From: Alphaproteobacteria bacterium
Lineage (GTDB): Bacteria > Pseudomonadota > Alphaproteobacteria > UBA6615
DNA: 64,000 nucleotides
Direction of reading: 5' to 3'
Assembly (NCBI GenBank): GCA_038137215.1
Contig: JAYQBG010000004.1
Span: 7,650-71,649 of the forward strand
A program made the translations under genes and the position numbers. Numbering within the stretch: position 1 is the first letter of the stretch; every line of letters starts with the position of its first letter. Positions 18,964 to 29,073 of this stretch are shown one piece after another. The notes under the pieces were generated by a model that was not told the DNA's origin, did not search any database, and worked only from the letters and a program-made list of their open reading frames with translations.

Positions 18964-19419
18964 ATGGGACAGATTTCCGTCAGATGACCGCTTCCTAGGG
19001 ACAAAGATGCCTGGCGCAGCCTGTTCGAGGGCTATCGGGCCTTCTACAAAATGCCTGACGACCCGCAGATTGTGGAAACTGTCTGGCAGTGGGTGAACGA
19101 CCCGAACCACGCCACGGAGTGCCTGCTCGCACGCACCGAGGACGATCAGATAATAGGGCTGGCCCATTTTCGCGATCTGCCACGGCCGCTGTCCGGTTCC
19201 ACGGCGGGATTCCTGGACGACCTATTCGTTCCTGAGGAGCACCGCGGCGCGGGCGCTGCCGACGCATTGATTGCCGCCATCTCCGATATCGGCCGAGCGC
19301 GGAACTGGGCCTGGCTGCGCTGGTTTACCGCCGAGGACAATTATCGCGGGCGTGGGTTTTACGACCGGGTGGCCCATGCCACGCTCTGGAAGATCTACCA
19401 GGTCGATATCCAGGACTGA
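18964..19419 (+). pseudogene. GNAT N-acetyltransferase interrupted by an in-frame TGA at codon 8 (or an N-terminally truncated CDS from 19051)
   Basis: From ATG 18964: MGQISVR*PLPRDKDAWRSLFEGYRAFYK, in frame with ORF 19051..19419 (GFLDDLFVPEEHRGAGAA, WFTAEDNYRGRGFYDRVA). Confidence 0.7.
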
Positions 19420-19422
19420 TCG

Positions 19423-20007
19423 GTGGTCTTCCTGCGCTGGTTTCTGGCGGTCCTGGCAACACTTGCATCGGTGCCCGAACTGGTCGCGCTTCAGGACAGC
19501 CTCATGATCGAGCAGACATCCGAAGGTCTGCGTATCCAGCTGGTTGATCAGAAAGGCTATTCCATGTTCGCGCTGGGCAGTGCCCAGCCAAACGAGCAGA
19601 CGCGCAATCTCGTCCAACTGGAGACGCGCGCGGTGGAGCAGATGTCGAACAAGATCTCGATCAGCGGCTACACTGATTCACGCGCCTACCGTTCACAGGA
19701 CGGCTACACGAACTGGGAGCTGAGTTCGGATCGCGCGAACTCGGCACGGCGCCTGCTGATCGAGTCCGGACTCGATGCAAAACGGATTGCCCTGGTGCAG
19801 GGACGTGCTGATATCGACCCCTTGCTGCCCGATGACCCGGAGAGCGAACGCAATCGCCGGATCAGTATTGTCCTGCTGCGTGAAAACGCTATCCCGATCA
19901 GCATTCAGGACACCGTCGCACCGAGCGAACTTGGCGCGACCGGCACGGAACCCGGCCCGGCACGCCGGACGGATATCGAAACCGGTAACGAACAGACACC
20001 GGGCTAG
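19423..20007 (+). pseudogene. motB: MotB C-terminal (OmpA-like peptidoglycan-binding) fragment lacking the N-terminal TM/plug region
   Basis: EGLRIQLVD, MFALGSA, ISISGYTD, NWELSSDRANSARR, NRRISIVLLRE; no WxxxYADF TM motif and no motA nearby. Confidence 0.7.
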
Positions 20008-20139
20008 TCATTCCGGGTGCGGGCGCACGGACCTGGCCAAGTCCCGAAAATGTCATGCAATTGACAGATTGACGGTTTTGCACGACTTCGGCGAACCCGA
20101 TAGTGTTCCCAACGATCAGACTGTCCATCGGACGCCAGG

Positions 20140-20892
20140 ATGACGACCCAGACGCCCAAACCGCCGCTCGTGTTTTACCGGACCGGACCGATGCCCTGCC
20201 CCTATCTGGGCGGCAAGGTTGAGCGGAATCTTTTTACGGAGTTGTCAGGCGAACAGACCTGGGACCTGCACGATCGGCTCGCCCAGGCCGGTTTCCGGCG
20301 ATCCCATCACATCGTCTATCGTCCGGCCTGTCCGGGGTGCAACGGGTGCGTTCCCGTCCGCATCCCCGTGGCCAGGTTCCGCATGTCCCGCTCCCAAAGG
20401 CGCGTGTGGAACAGGAACGCTGATCTTTCGGTCTTGTTGAGCAGCCCCCGGGCCACGGACGAGCACTACGCCTTGTTCAGCCGGTATCAGAATGCGCGAC
20501 ACAGCGGCGGTGAGATGGCGACCATGTCATTTTCGGATTTTCGGGCCATGGTCGAAGACTCCGTGGTGGACACCCACCTCATGTCCATCCGGGGCCCGTC
20601 CGGTCAACTGATCGGTGCGTGTCTGACCGATCGCCTGTCCAGCGGGTATTCGGCCGTTTACAGCTATTTCGATCCCGATGAGGATGCGCGCAGCCTCGGG
20701 ACTTACTGTGTGCTCTGGCTTCTCGATCATGCGCGGAAAGCCGGGAACGATCACGTCTATCTCGGCTACTGGATCGATGACTGCGCGAAGATGACCTACA
20801 AGAGCCGCTTCCAGCCAATCGAACACCTGGGTGCGCAGGGCTGGCAAACCGGCCCGCTGCCCGTGCCAAACGCCGACGTATCGCACAGCTAG
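20140..20892 (+). CDS. bpt: Aspartate/glutamate leucyl- (arginyl-) tRNA-protein transferase, Bpt/Ate
   Basis: PCPYL, GFRRSH, YRPACPGCNGCVPVR, SAVYSYFDP, SLGTY, YLGYWI, KMTYKSRFQP. Confidence 0.92.
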   Translation: MTTQTPKPPLVFYRTGPMPCPYLGGKVERNLFTELSGEQTWDLHDRLAQAGFRRSHHIVYRPACPGCNGCVPVRIPVARFRMSRSQRRVWNRNADLSVLLSSPRATDEHYALFSRYQNARHSGGEMATMSFSDFRAMVEDSVVDTHLMSIRGPSGQLIGACLTDRLSSGYSAVYSYFDPDEDARSLGTYCVLWLLDHARKAGNDHVYLGYWIDDCAKMTYKSRFQPIEHLGAQGWQTGPLPVPNADVSHS

Positions 20893-21070
20893 CCCGCCCG
20901 TCACCTCATACTTTCGTATGGCGCGCATTGCGTTGCGCGCCCCCTGATCGCTGTCATAAGGTCAGGCCAACATCTACCGGTCACGTCGGCTGGCAGGAAT
21001 AATGTCTTTGCCGTTGCGAGTTGCGTAGTGGTCGGGACGGCACTTCAACAAACACTCCAGGGAGTAACTC

Positions 21071-22171
21071 ATGGAACGTCGTAAGTTTATCAAGGCCGCA
21101 GGTCTTGCCGGTGTCACCGGCGCCGCCGCAGCCGCATCCGCATTCCCGAAACCCGCCATTGCGCAGGATCGTGTCGAATTCGCTCTGGTCACCACCTGGC
21201 CGCGCGACTTCCCTGGTCTGGGTACCGGCGCACAGCGCTTCGCCGAGCGTCTTTCGGACATGAGCGATGGTCGCATCCAGGTGCAGTACTTCGCCGCCGG
21301 TGAACGCGTCGGTGCGTTCGATTCCTTCGATGAAGTCGCATCGGGGAACGCACAGGGCTATCACGCGGCCGATTACTACTGGAAGGGTAAGCATCCAGGC
21401 TGGGCCTATTTCACCGCCGTCCCCTTCGGCCTGACCTATACCGAGATGAACGCATGGATCCGCTTCGGCGGCGGGCAGGAACTCTGGGACGAACTCGGTG
21501 CCGAATTCGACCTGAAGGGTCTGATGTGCGGCAACACGGGCGTCCAGATGGGCGGCTGGTTCAACAAGGAAATCAACACGGCTGACGACCTCAAGGGTCT
21601 GAAAATGCGCATCCCAGGTCTGGGTGGTGACGTCATGGCCAAACTGGGCGCTTCTCCGGTCTCCCTGCCGGGTGGCCAGATTTATGAGAACCTCGTCTCC
21701 GGCGCCATCGATGCCACCGAATGGGTCGGACCGTGGAACGACCAGGTCATGAAGTTCTACGAAGCGGCGAAGTTTTACTACTATCCGGGCATGCACGAGC
21801 CGGGCTCCATGCTCGCCGTTGGCATGAACGCCTCTTTCTGGGGATCACTGTCACCGGCCGATCAACTTCTGATCGAAGCGGCTGCGTCGATGGAAAATGA
21901 CGTGATGATGTCGGAATACAACGCCAAGAACGGTGCCTCGCTTGCCCAGTTGATCAACAACAACGGCGTGGAGCTGCGTCAGTTCTCCGACGAGATCTAC
22001 GACAGCTTCGGTCAGGCAGCCGATGAAGTGTTCAGCGAAGTGATCGCCCACAGCGACCTCGCCCGGCGCATCCACGAGAGCTTCCTCAAAGCACGTGAGG
22101 AAGTCGGCGGCTGGACGAACATTTCGGACCAGGCCTACGTTGCCCAGCGCAACCGCGTTCTTGGGCTGTAG
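21071..22171 (+). CDS. dctP: TRAP transporter substrate-binding protein (TakP-like, Tat signal)
   Basis: MERRKFIKAAG Tat motif, TTWPRDFPGLG, ADYYWKGK, TAVPFG, NTGVQMGGWF, KMRIPGLGG, EWVGPWND, YYYPGMHEPG. Confidence 0.93.
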   Translation: MERRKFIKAAGLAGVTGAAAAASAFPKPAIAQDRVEFALVTTWPRDFPGLGTGAQRFAERLSDMSDGRIQVQYFAAGERVGAFDSFDEVASGNAQGYHAADYYWKGKHPGWAYFTAVPFGLTYTEMNAWIRFGGGQELWDELGAEFDLKGLMCGNTGVQMGGWFNKEINTADDLKGLKMRIPGLGGDVMAKLGASPVSLPGGQIYENLVSGAIDATEWVGPWNDQVMKFYEAAKFYYYPGMHEPGSMLAVGMNASFWGSLSPADQLLIEAAASMENDVMMSEYNAKNGASLAQLINNNGVELRQFSDEIYDSFGQAADEVFSEVIAHSDLARRIHESFLKAREEVGGWTNISDQAYVAQRNRVLGL

Positions 22172-22194
22172 TCCAAATCCGCAGACACACACGA

Positions 22195-22223
22195 GAAAAC
22201 GGAGCCCCCTTGGCTCCGTTTTC
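22195..22223 (+). terminator. Stem-loop/terminator between dctP and dctQ
   Basis: GAAAACGGAGCC-CCCTT-GGCTCCGTTTTC; typical position for dctP mRNA stabilisation. Confidence 0.7.
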
Positions 22224-22316
22224 CATGTGTGACTGACGAAAACGTGAGTGCACGCACAAACCTTGCTACTGTCAAATCAGTCCAGCCGGGATTGTGCAAG
22301 AGGGGTTGATCCGATC

Positions 22317-23366
22317 ATGACAGCCACAACAATGAGCGACGTCGAATCCGGCAAGACCGGACACACCGGAGCGGTGATCATCCGTATCCTCGCCTTGTCG
22401 ATCATCGCAATTTGCATCGGCTTCCTGATCAACAATTACCTGACCTTCTGGCGTGACTGGCCGGGCATCGGCAATCTCTTCTCACACCTGCAATGGTTCG
22501 GTGCCGAGCCGCTCCGCAAGCCCTTCGAAGACGGCGCCGCCACACTCGGATTTCTGCAGATCGCGCTCTATCTGGTTCTGATTGTCGGCGTCATCGCTTA
22601 TGTCATGCGTACCGCAGGCCAGCCTCTCATGGTCGATTCCGAACGTCTTTCGGGTATCGCCGCCTTCATTATCCGCGCGGCCTTCTGGTCCGTTCTTCTG
22701 ATCGGGATCGTCGATTCCGTCATTTCCTTTCTGCGGGTCGAAGGACTGCTCGCCGGCGTCGTCGGCGAAAAGCTGACGACCGAACTCGGCCTCTCCCGGT
22801 TTCGCGGCGCCTATGTGCACTATCCGCTCATCCTTGTTTCGATTGTCATCGCCTACTTCATGCGCACACTCGGTTTCGCCTGGCTGGCCCTGCTGGTCGT
22901 GATCGCGGAACTTCAGATCGTGATCGCGCGGTTCATCTTCTCTTATGAACAGGCCTTCATGGGAGACCTGGTTCGCTTCTGGTATGCCTCACTGTTCCTA
23001 TTTGCCAGCGCCTACACCCTGACTGCGGAAGGTCATGTCCGCGTTGACGTGCTTTATGCCGGGTTCAGCGACCGCGCCAAGGCCTGGGCCAATACGATCG
23101 GATGCCTGGCACTCGGTTTGCCGCTCTGCTGGGTCATTCTGACCATGGGCATGGCGGGCCGAGCCTCGGTCATCAACAGCCCTCTGCTCAGCTTCGAGAC
23201 CTCACAAAGCGGTTTCGGTCTCTACGTGAAATACCTGATGGCCGGATTCCTGGCCGTCTTTGCCATTTCGATGATGGTCCAGTTCACCGCGTACCTCTTG
23301 TCCAATATTGCAGAGTTGCGCGGCGAACCGGGCAAACCAAAACCATCAACCGAAAACACCCACTAG
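22317..23366 (+). CDS. dctQ: TRAP small permease DctQ with an N-terminal membrane extension
   Basis: C-terminal DctQ core (ELQIVIARFIF, FWYASLFLFASAYTL, GHVRVDVLY); about 349 aa against about 170 for canonical DctQ. Confidence 0.85.
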   Translation: MTATTMSDVESGKTGHTGAVIIRILALSIIAICIGFLINNYLTFWRDWPGIGNLFSHLQWFGAEPLRKPFEDGAATLGFLQIALYLVLIVGVIAYVMRTAGQPLMVDSERLSGIAAFIIRAAFWSVLLIGIVDSVISFLRVEGLLAGVVGEKLTTELGLSRFRGAYVHYPLILVSIVIAYFMRTLGFAWLALLVVIAELQIVIARFIFSYEQAFMGDLVRFWYASLFLFASAYTLTAEGHVRVDVLYAGFSDRAKAWANTIGCLALGLPLCWVILTMGMAGRASVINSPLLSFETSQSGFGLYVKYLMAGFLAVFAISMMVQFTAYLLSNIAELRGEPGKPKPSTENTH

Positions 23367-23393
23367 CCAGACGAAACCAAACGGAAGCGCATC

Positions 23394-26057
23394 ATGGAAG
23401 TCCTGTTCATTGCCGTTCTGGTTTTGCTGATGGCCGGCGCCCTGGCCATGGGTTACCCCGTCGCCTTCGCGCTGCCCGGCTCAGCCATCCTGACGATCGC
23501 TCTGGCGTCCCTGTTCGGGTACCTCTTCACGGGCGAGACCAGCAGCTACTTTGCCCATGACGGCCCGATCCAGTGGCTGACCGCTGGCGTGACGAATTTC
23601 AGAGGGGTCTATTGGGAGGTCGAACGCGACACCCTGATCGCGATTCCGCTGTTCGTGTTCATGGGCATCATGTTGCAGCGGTCCAAGATCGCCGAAGATC
23701 TGTTGGTGACCATGGCGCAGCTCTTCGGACCGATCCCGGGCGGGTTGGGCATGTCGGTGGTGATTGTTGGCGCCCTGCTGGCCGCCACCACGGGCATCGT
23801 CGGCGCCACGGTCGTGGCCATGGGCCTGATCTCCCTCCCGGCCATGCTGCGCAACAATTACTCCCATCCGCTCGCAACCGGCACGATCGCCGCCTCGGGG
23901 ACCCTGGGACAGATCATCCCGCCGTCGATCGTGCTGATCATCCTGGCCGACCAGCTGTCCAGCGCGTCGGATCAGGCGAGCACCGCCCGAAAGGCCGAAT
24001 ACAAGGAAGCCACCGGCGAATTCAACATGCCCGGCGAGTTCGATATCGCATCGACAAGCGCGGGGGACATGTTCCTCGGTGCTTTCCTGCCGGGCATGGT
24101 CCTGGTGGGCCTCTACCTCGCCTATATCCTGATCTTCGCGCTGATCCGGCCGAAAAGTGCACCCGCCGTCCCGTGCGAAGGCGAATTCGATCTGAAGTTC
24201 GCCTTTCGCGTTTTCCTGGTGCTCATCCCTCCGCTGGCCCTCATCCTTGCGGTTCTCGGCTCAATCATCATGGGTATCGCAACAGTCAACCAGGCCGGCG
24301 CCATTGGTGCCGTGGGTGCCATTATCATGGCCGGCTATCGGCTGACCGAAGGCAACCGCCTGACCTATGTACCGGCCCTGATCGCCGTGGGCGCCGTTGT
24401 CGCTGTTTTTCTGTTGCTTGGCAGTTTTGACCTGAACATCAAGAGCATCGATGACGGCAATGATCTTTTCGGGATCATCCTGGCCGGGATTGCGGTCGCA
24501 GCCTTCCTGCTGGCCGTGATCTGGAGCGGCTGGCGCGTCCACAAGATCAACGACACCATGCGCAGCGTGATGATCGAAACGGCGAAAACCACGTCGATGG
24601 TGTTCATCATTCTGTTGGGTGCCGCGATGCTGACCGCTGCCTTCCGTGCCTTTGGCGGCGAAGAGCTGGTGAAGGATTTCCTTGGCGGACTGCCCGGCGG
24701 ATTCTGGACGCAGTTCGTCGTTGTGATGGCTGTGATCTTCGTTCTCGGCTTTTTCCTCGACTTCATCGAGATCGCCGTGGTGGTTGTGCCCATCGTTGCG
24801 CCGATCCTGCTGCAGGATCCCTCCGCAAACATTACCGCTGTCTGGCTGGGCGTGATGGTCGGCGTGAACATGCAGACATCCTTCCTGACGCCCCCGTTCG
24901 GTTTTGCCCTGTTCTATTTACGCGGGGTCGCGCCGGCGATTGTCAAAACCACATCAATGTACAAGGGCGTGACCGCGTTCATCGCCCTGCAATTGCTCGG
25001 ACTGGCAATTGTCGGCACCTTCCCCGGACTTGTGAACTTCTTGCCCAACCAGTCCTTCCTGTCTGCTGAAACCGCACCGCCACCGAAAAACCCGAGACTG
25101 CAGCACTGCATCGAAGAAAACCTGTTTGCCGTCTATGACGCCGAACAGTCCAATCTGATTGCCGCGATTGAGCAGGGGCGCACGCTTGACTTCAGTTACC
25201 TGCCGGAGAAACGCCGCGGGGAACTGACTGCAAGCTTCGACAAGGCCGCGGCCACCTTCGACCTCGTCGAGGAAATTCGGACACGTGAGGCAGCATTGCA
25301 AGCCTACATCCCGGAGTATCGTCCCATTCACCGGAATGTTCGCGACATTCAGCGCGACATCCGCGATCACAAGGAAGAGATCGACGACCTCAAGGAACGT
25401 CTGCGGCGGAACCTGCGGAACGACGACGAGACAGCGCAGGATGTGGCCAAGTTCGAAGCCCGGGTGATCGAATCCGAGGCGGAACTTGAAGTCCTCGAAG
25501 CTTCCATCCCGGCCGTGTGGGACAGCGCCCGCAAGCGTTATCTCGAACTGTCCGGTGCGGAGAAAAAAGCCCGCCTGACCTATCGCCGAAACGTCGATCA
25601 GGCCTATGAGCCGATCATCGAAACCCAGCTGATCATCGAGAACGCCGAGGCATTTGCGGCTATCGAAGATAAGGTCACGGGGCTACCCGAAGCAATCGCG
25701 ACACAGCCGCTCGAGCAGGCCATTGAATCGGTCCGGGCCGTTGAATCGGCACTGGCGCGACTGGTGGACACCAGCAGCATCCGTTCGGCGCTCACCCAGT
25801 CACGGCGCGCACTGACCGCACGCAACCCAAACCCGGAAAAGGCGTTAGAGGAATCCCAGAAAGCCGTGGCGATTTATACCGATGAACTCACTTGGCGGAC
25901 ACGTGCAGCCCGTGAACTGGCTTCTGGCCTCGCTGAATACGAAGCGGCGATTGCCGAAACCATTGGTTTGCGCCAGCAGGACCGTCTGCCGTCGAGCAAG
26001 ATCAGCGAAACGGCCTCCTGTCTCGCCGTCCACCGGGATATCTCACTGAACTTCTGA
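23394..26057 (+). CDS. dctM: TRAP large permease DctM with a ~335-aa C-terminal helical domain
   Basis: GYPVAFAL, LIAIPLFVFMGIML, ATTGIVGATVV, SGTLGQIIPPS, LGFFLDFIEI, QTSFLTPPFGFALFYLRG; 887 aa. Confidence 0.9.
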   Translation: MEVLFIAVLVLLMAGALAMGYPVAFALPGSAILTIALASLFGYLFTGETSSYFAHDGPIQWLTAGVTNFRGVYWEVERDTLIAIPLFVFMGIMLQRSKIAEDLLVTMAQLFGPIPGGLGMSVVIVGALLAATTGIVGATVVAMGLISLPAMLRNNYSHPLATGTIAASGTLGQIIPPSIVLIILADQLSSASDQASTARKAEYKEATGEFNMPGEFDIASTSAGDMFLGAFLPGMVLVGLYLAYILIFALIRPKSAPAVPCEGEFDLKFAFRVFLVLIPPLALILAVLGSIIMGIATVNQAGAIGAVGAIIMAGYRLTEGNRLTYVPALIAVGAVVAVFLLLGSFDLNIKSIDDGNDLFGIILAGIAVAAFLLAVIWSGWRVHKINDTMRSVMIETAKTTSMVFIILLGAAMLTAAFRAFGGEELVKDFLGGLPGGFWTQFVVVMAVIFVLGFFLDFIEIAVVVVPIVAPILLQDPSANITAVWLGVMVGVNMQTSFLTPPFGFALFYLRGVAPAIVKTTSMYKGVTAFIALQLLGLAIVGTFPGLVNFLPNQSFLSAETAPPPKNPRLQHCIEENLFAVYDAEQSNLIAAIEQGRTLDFSYLPEKRRGELTASFDKAAATFDLVEEIRTREAALQAYIPEYRPIHRNVRDIQRDIRDHKEEIDDLKERLRRNLRNDDETAQDVAKFEARVIESEAELEVLEASIPAVWDSARKRYLELSGAEKKARLTYRRNVDQAYEPIIETQLIIENAEAFAAIEDKVTGLPEAIATQPLEQAIESVRAVESALARLVDTSSIRSALTQSRRALTARNPNPEKALEESQKAVAIYTDELTWRTRAARELASGLAEYEAAIAETIGLRQQDRLPSSKISETASCLAVHRDISLNF

Positions 26058-26079
26058 CGAAGAGCTGCGCTTCAACGAA

Positions 26080-26107
26080 AAACGGCCGCCCTTTGGGGCG
26101 GCCGTTT
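26080..26107. terminator. Intrinsic terminator between dctM and bioY (convergent)
   Basis: AAACGGCCGCCC-TTTG-GGGCGGCCGTTT. Confidence 0.8.
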
Positions 26108-26127
26108 CCTGTTCTGTTTCCCGCTGC

Positions 26128-26721
26128 CTATCGCAGCGAACGCCGCGGCAGGAGTTTCCAAACCATCGGGAGGAATGCCGCCGCCAATGCGATCTTGATC
26201 AAGGCCACCCAGACAAAAGGCACCAAACCCAATTCAAGAGCTTTCCCAAAACCTCCAACCAAAGTGGACAGCCAGGCCACGCCAAACACAAAAATAATCG
26301 CTGTACCCGCAAGGTTCGCGAGGAATGTCAATACGACATTCCGATCCCAGCCCCGTTCGGCAAGCCAGCCAACAAAAACCGCTGCGACCAAAAACCCAAA
26401 CAAATATCCACCAGTCGGACCGGCCATATAAACAAGGCCAGCCCCGCTCTCGAATACCGGCAGACCGACGGCGCCCTCGGCCAGATAGAGAAGCAGTGTT
26501 GCCCCGGCCAACCGTGCGCCATAGGCCATGGCGATGACGAGGACTGCAAATGTCTGCATCGTTAGGGGCACAGGTTCCAACGGGATGCTGGTCTTAGCGG
26601 AGATCGCCATTAGTGCGCTCCCCAAGACAGCGAGAGCTATCAACCGCAATGTGCCGCCATATTCGCGCGGCCAAAGCGAGTCGATCAGTGTGGGCGCTGT
26701 GCCTGTTGCGATCTGCATCAT
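26128..26721 (-). CDS. bioY: Biotin transporter BioY
   Basis: PVPLTMQTFAVL, YLAEGAVGLPVF, GPTGGYLFGF, GLVPF. Confidence 0.93.
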   Translation of the reverse strand: MMQIATGTAPTLIDSLWPREYGGTLRLIALAVLGSALMAISAKTSIPLEPVPLTMQTFAVLVIAMAYGARLAGATLLLYLAEGAVGLPVFESGAGLVYMAGPTGGYLFGFLVAAVFVGWLAERGWDRNVVLTFLANLAGTAIIFVFGVAWLSTLVGGFGKALELGLVPFVWVALIKIALAAAFLPMVWKLLPRRSLR

Positions 26722-26797
26722 GTCTCTCCGTGTTAACGGATAATGTTCCGTTTTTGACTGTTACCAGCTTCACCTGGCCCGAACAACAAGCACGCAA

Positions 26798-29020
26798 TCA
26801 GCCAAACCGTGGCGCGGACGGGAAGCCCCGCGGCACCTTGCGGCCTGCCTGGGCCCGTTTGCCGACCCAGTCGGCCAGCTCATCCGCCGTAAAGGTCCGG
26901 TGACGATCGCCGGTTCGCGTCGTCAGGCCTTCGGCCATCGCAAACACGGCCACATCGGCCAGGCTGTCGCCGGAATAGTTCTGAAGCTTCACACCCCGGC
27001 CCCGGGACATCTCGGGCACCTCGCTCAACGGGAAGATCAGCAACTTGCGCTTCTTGCCCAGCACGGCGAGATGATCACCCTCGGCATTCGCACAGGCCGC
27101 TGCTTCGACATCGCCCTTCACGTTCAAAACCTGCTTGCCGTTTTTCGTCTGGCCGATGACATCATCCTCGGCGACCACAAAACCGCGCCCGTCACTTGAT
27201 GCGACAACCAGCTTCGCGCCGGGCTTGTAGACGCGCAGGGCAACAATGTCGGCGTCGTTCTCCATATCGAACATCAGCCGCAGCGGTTCACCATGGCCAC
27301 GTCCGCCCGGAAGCTTGTCGATGCCAACGGTGTAGAAGCGGCCATTCGTGCCAAGCACCAGCAACTTGTCCGTGGTCTCGGCCTCCAGGACAAAGCGGCC
27401 CTTGTCGCCTTCCTTGAACTTCAGGTCCCCGGCATCAATCCCGTGGCCCTTGATCGCGCGCACCCAACCCTTGTCGGAGCAGACCACCGTCACCGGTTCC
27501 TTTTCGATCATGGCCTCGACCGGCACCGCGACAGGCTCCGGCGCAGCCGCGATATCCGTTCGCCGCTTGCCGAGTTCGGTTTTCGGGCCATACTTCTTCT
27601 TCAGTTCGGCAACTTCGCCCGCCAGATGCTTGAGGCGCCTGGCCTTGTCCTTGAGCAAACCCTTCAGGGATTTCTGTTCGCTTTCAAGGCCGTCGATCTC
27701 TTCCCGGATCGCAATTTCTTCCAGCCGCCGCAGCGAGCGCAATCGCATATTCAGAATTGCGTCGACCTGGGCATCGTTGAGGTCCCAGCGCTTCTTCATT
27801 TCCGCACGCGGATCGTCTTCTTCGCGGATGATGGCGATCACCTCATCCAGATTGAGGAAAACAATCATGTAGCCCTGCAGGACGTTCAGGCGATCCGCGA
27901 TCTTCTCCAGCCGGTGCTTGGTCACCCGGACCAGCACATCGTGACGATGATCGAGATAGGCCTGCAGGACCTCCCGCAAGGTCATCACCCGCGGCACGTG
28001 ATCGGCGTCGAGAACGTTCATGTTCAGCGAAACACGCGATTCCATCTCCGTGTTGCGGAACAGGCTTTCCATCAGCATTTCCGCCGTGACGTTCCGGCTC
28101 TTGGGTTCCAGAACCAGCCGGATATCATCCGCGGATTCATCCCTTATGTCGCCAAGCAGCGGGAGCTTGCGGTTGTGCATCAGCTCTGCAATCCGCTCGA
28201 TCAGGCGCGATTTCTGAACCTGATAGGGAATCTCGGTGATCACGACCTGATACTGCCCGCGGCCCAAATCTTCCTGCTCCCACCGGGCGCGAACCCGCAA
28301 ACTGCCCCGGCCGGACGAATAGGCCTCGACGAGCGTCTCGCGGTCCTCGACCAGAACTCCGCCGGTTGGAAAATCCGGCCCGGGCATCAGATCCACCAGC
28401 TTCGCGATGGTCGCGTTGGGCGTCTTCAGGAGATGTGAGAGCGCATCGCAAATTTCACCCACATTGTGTGGCGGGATACTGCTTGCCATACCCACGGCAA
28501 TGCCTGTCGCACCGTTGGCGAGCAAATTGGGAAAATTCGACGGCAGAACGACCGGTTCACTGCCCTCGCCATCATAGGTCTCGCGAAAATCCACCGCGTT
28601 ATCGTCGATGCCGTCCAGCAGCGCCTGGGCCACCTCGGTCATGCGGGCCTCGGTGTAACGCATGGCCGCGGCATTATCGCCATCCACATTGCCGAAATTG
28701 CCCTGACCGTCCACCAGCGGGTAACGCACGGCGAATTCCTGGGCCAGCCGTACCAATGCGTCATAGATCGCCTGATCGCCATGGGGGTGGTACTTACCCA
28801 TGACATCACCGACCACGCGGGCGCATTTCTTGTATCCCTGATCGGGATCCAGCCGGAGCTGGCGCATCGCATGCAGCAGACGCCGATGGACCGGTTTCAG
28901 GCCGTCCCGCACATCAGGCAGTGACCGCGCCATGATGGTGGACAGAGCATAACTCAGATAGCGCTCGCTGAGCGCATCCTTGAAGGCTTCCTGGCGAACC
29001 CCGCCGCCGACAATTGTCAT
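26798..29020 (-). CDS. parC: DNA topoisomerase IV subunit A
   Basis: [45 protein letters not shown], beta-pinwheel C-terminus. Confidence 0.97.
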   Translation of the reverse strand: MTIVGGGVRQEAFKDALSERYLSYALSTIMARSLPDVRDGLKPVHRRLLHAMRQLRLDPDQGYKKCARVVGDVMGKYHPHGDQAIYDALVRLAQEFAVRYPLVDGQGNFGNVDGDNAAAMRYTEARMTEVAQALLDGIDDNAVDFRETYDGEGSEPVVLPSNFPNLLANGATGIAVGMASSIPPHNVGEICDALSHLLKTPNATIAKLVDLMPGPDFPTGGVLVEDRETLVEAYSSGRGSLRVRARWEQEDLGRGQYQVVITEIPYQVQKSRLIERIAELMHNRKLPLLGDIRDESADDIRLVLEPKSRNVTAEMLMESLFRNTEMESRVSLNMNVLDADHVPRVMTLREVLQAYLDHRHDVLVRVTKHRLEKIADRLNVLQGYMIVFLNLDEVIAIIREEDDPRAEMKKRWDLNDAQVDAILNMRLRSLRRLEEIAIREEIDGLESEQKSLKGLLKDKARRLKHLAGEVAELKKKYGPKTELGKRRTDIAAAPEPVAVPVEAMIEKEPVTVVCSDKGWVRAIKGHGIDAGDLKFKEGDKGRFVLEAETTDKLLVLGTNGRFYTVGIDKLPGGRGHGEPLRLMFDMENDADIVALRVYKPGAKLVVASSDGRGFVVAEDDVIGQTKNGKQVLNVKGDVEAAACANAEGDHLAVLGKKRKLLIFPLSEVPEMSRGRGVKLQNYSGDSLADVAVFAMAEGLTTRTGDRHRTFTADELADWVGKRAQAGRKVPRGFPSAPRFG

Positions 29021-29073
29021 GTCAGAAACTCCATTGAACAGGCGCCACTTGTAGGCGTTGCGCCTGAGTCACC

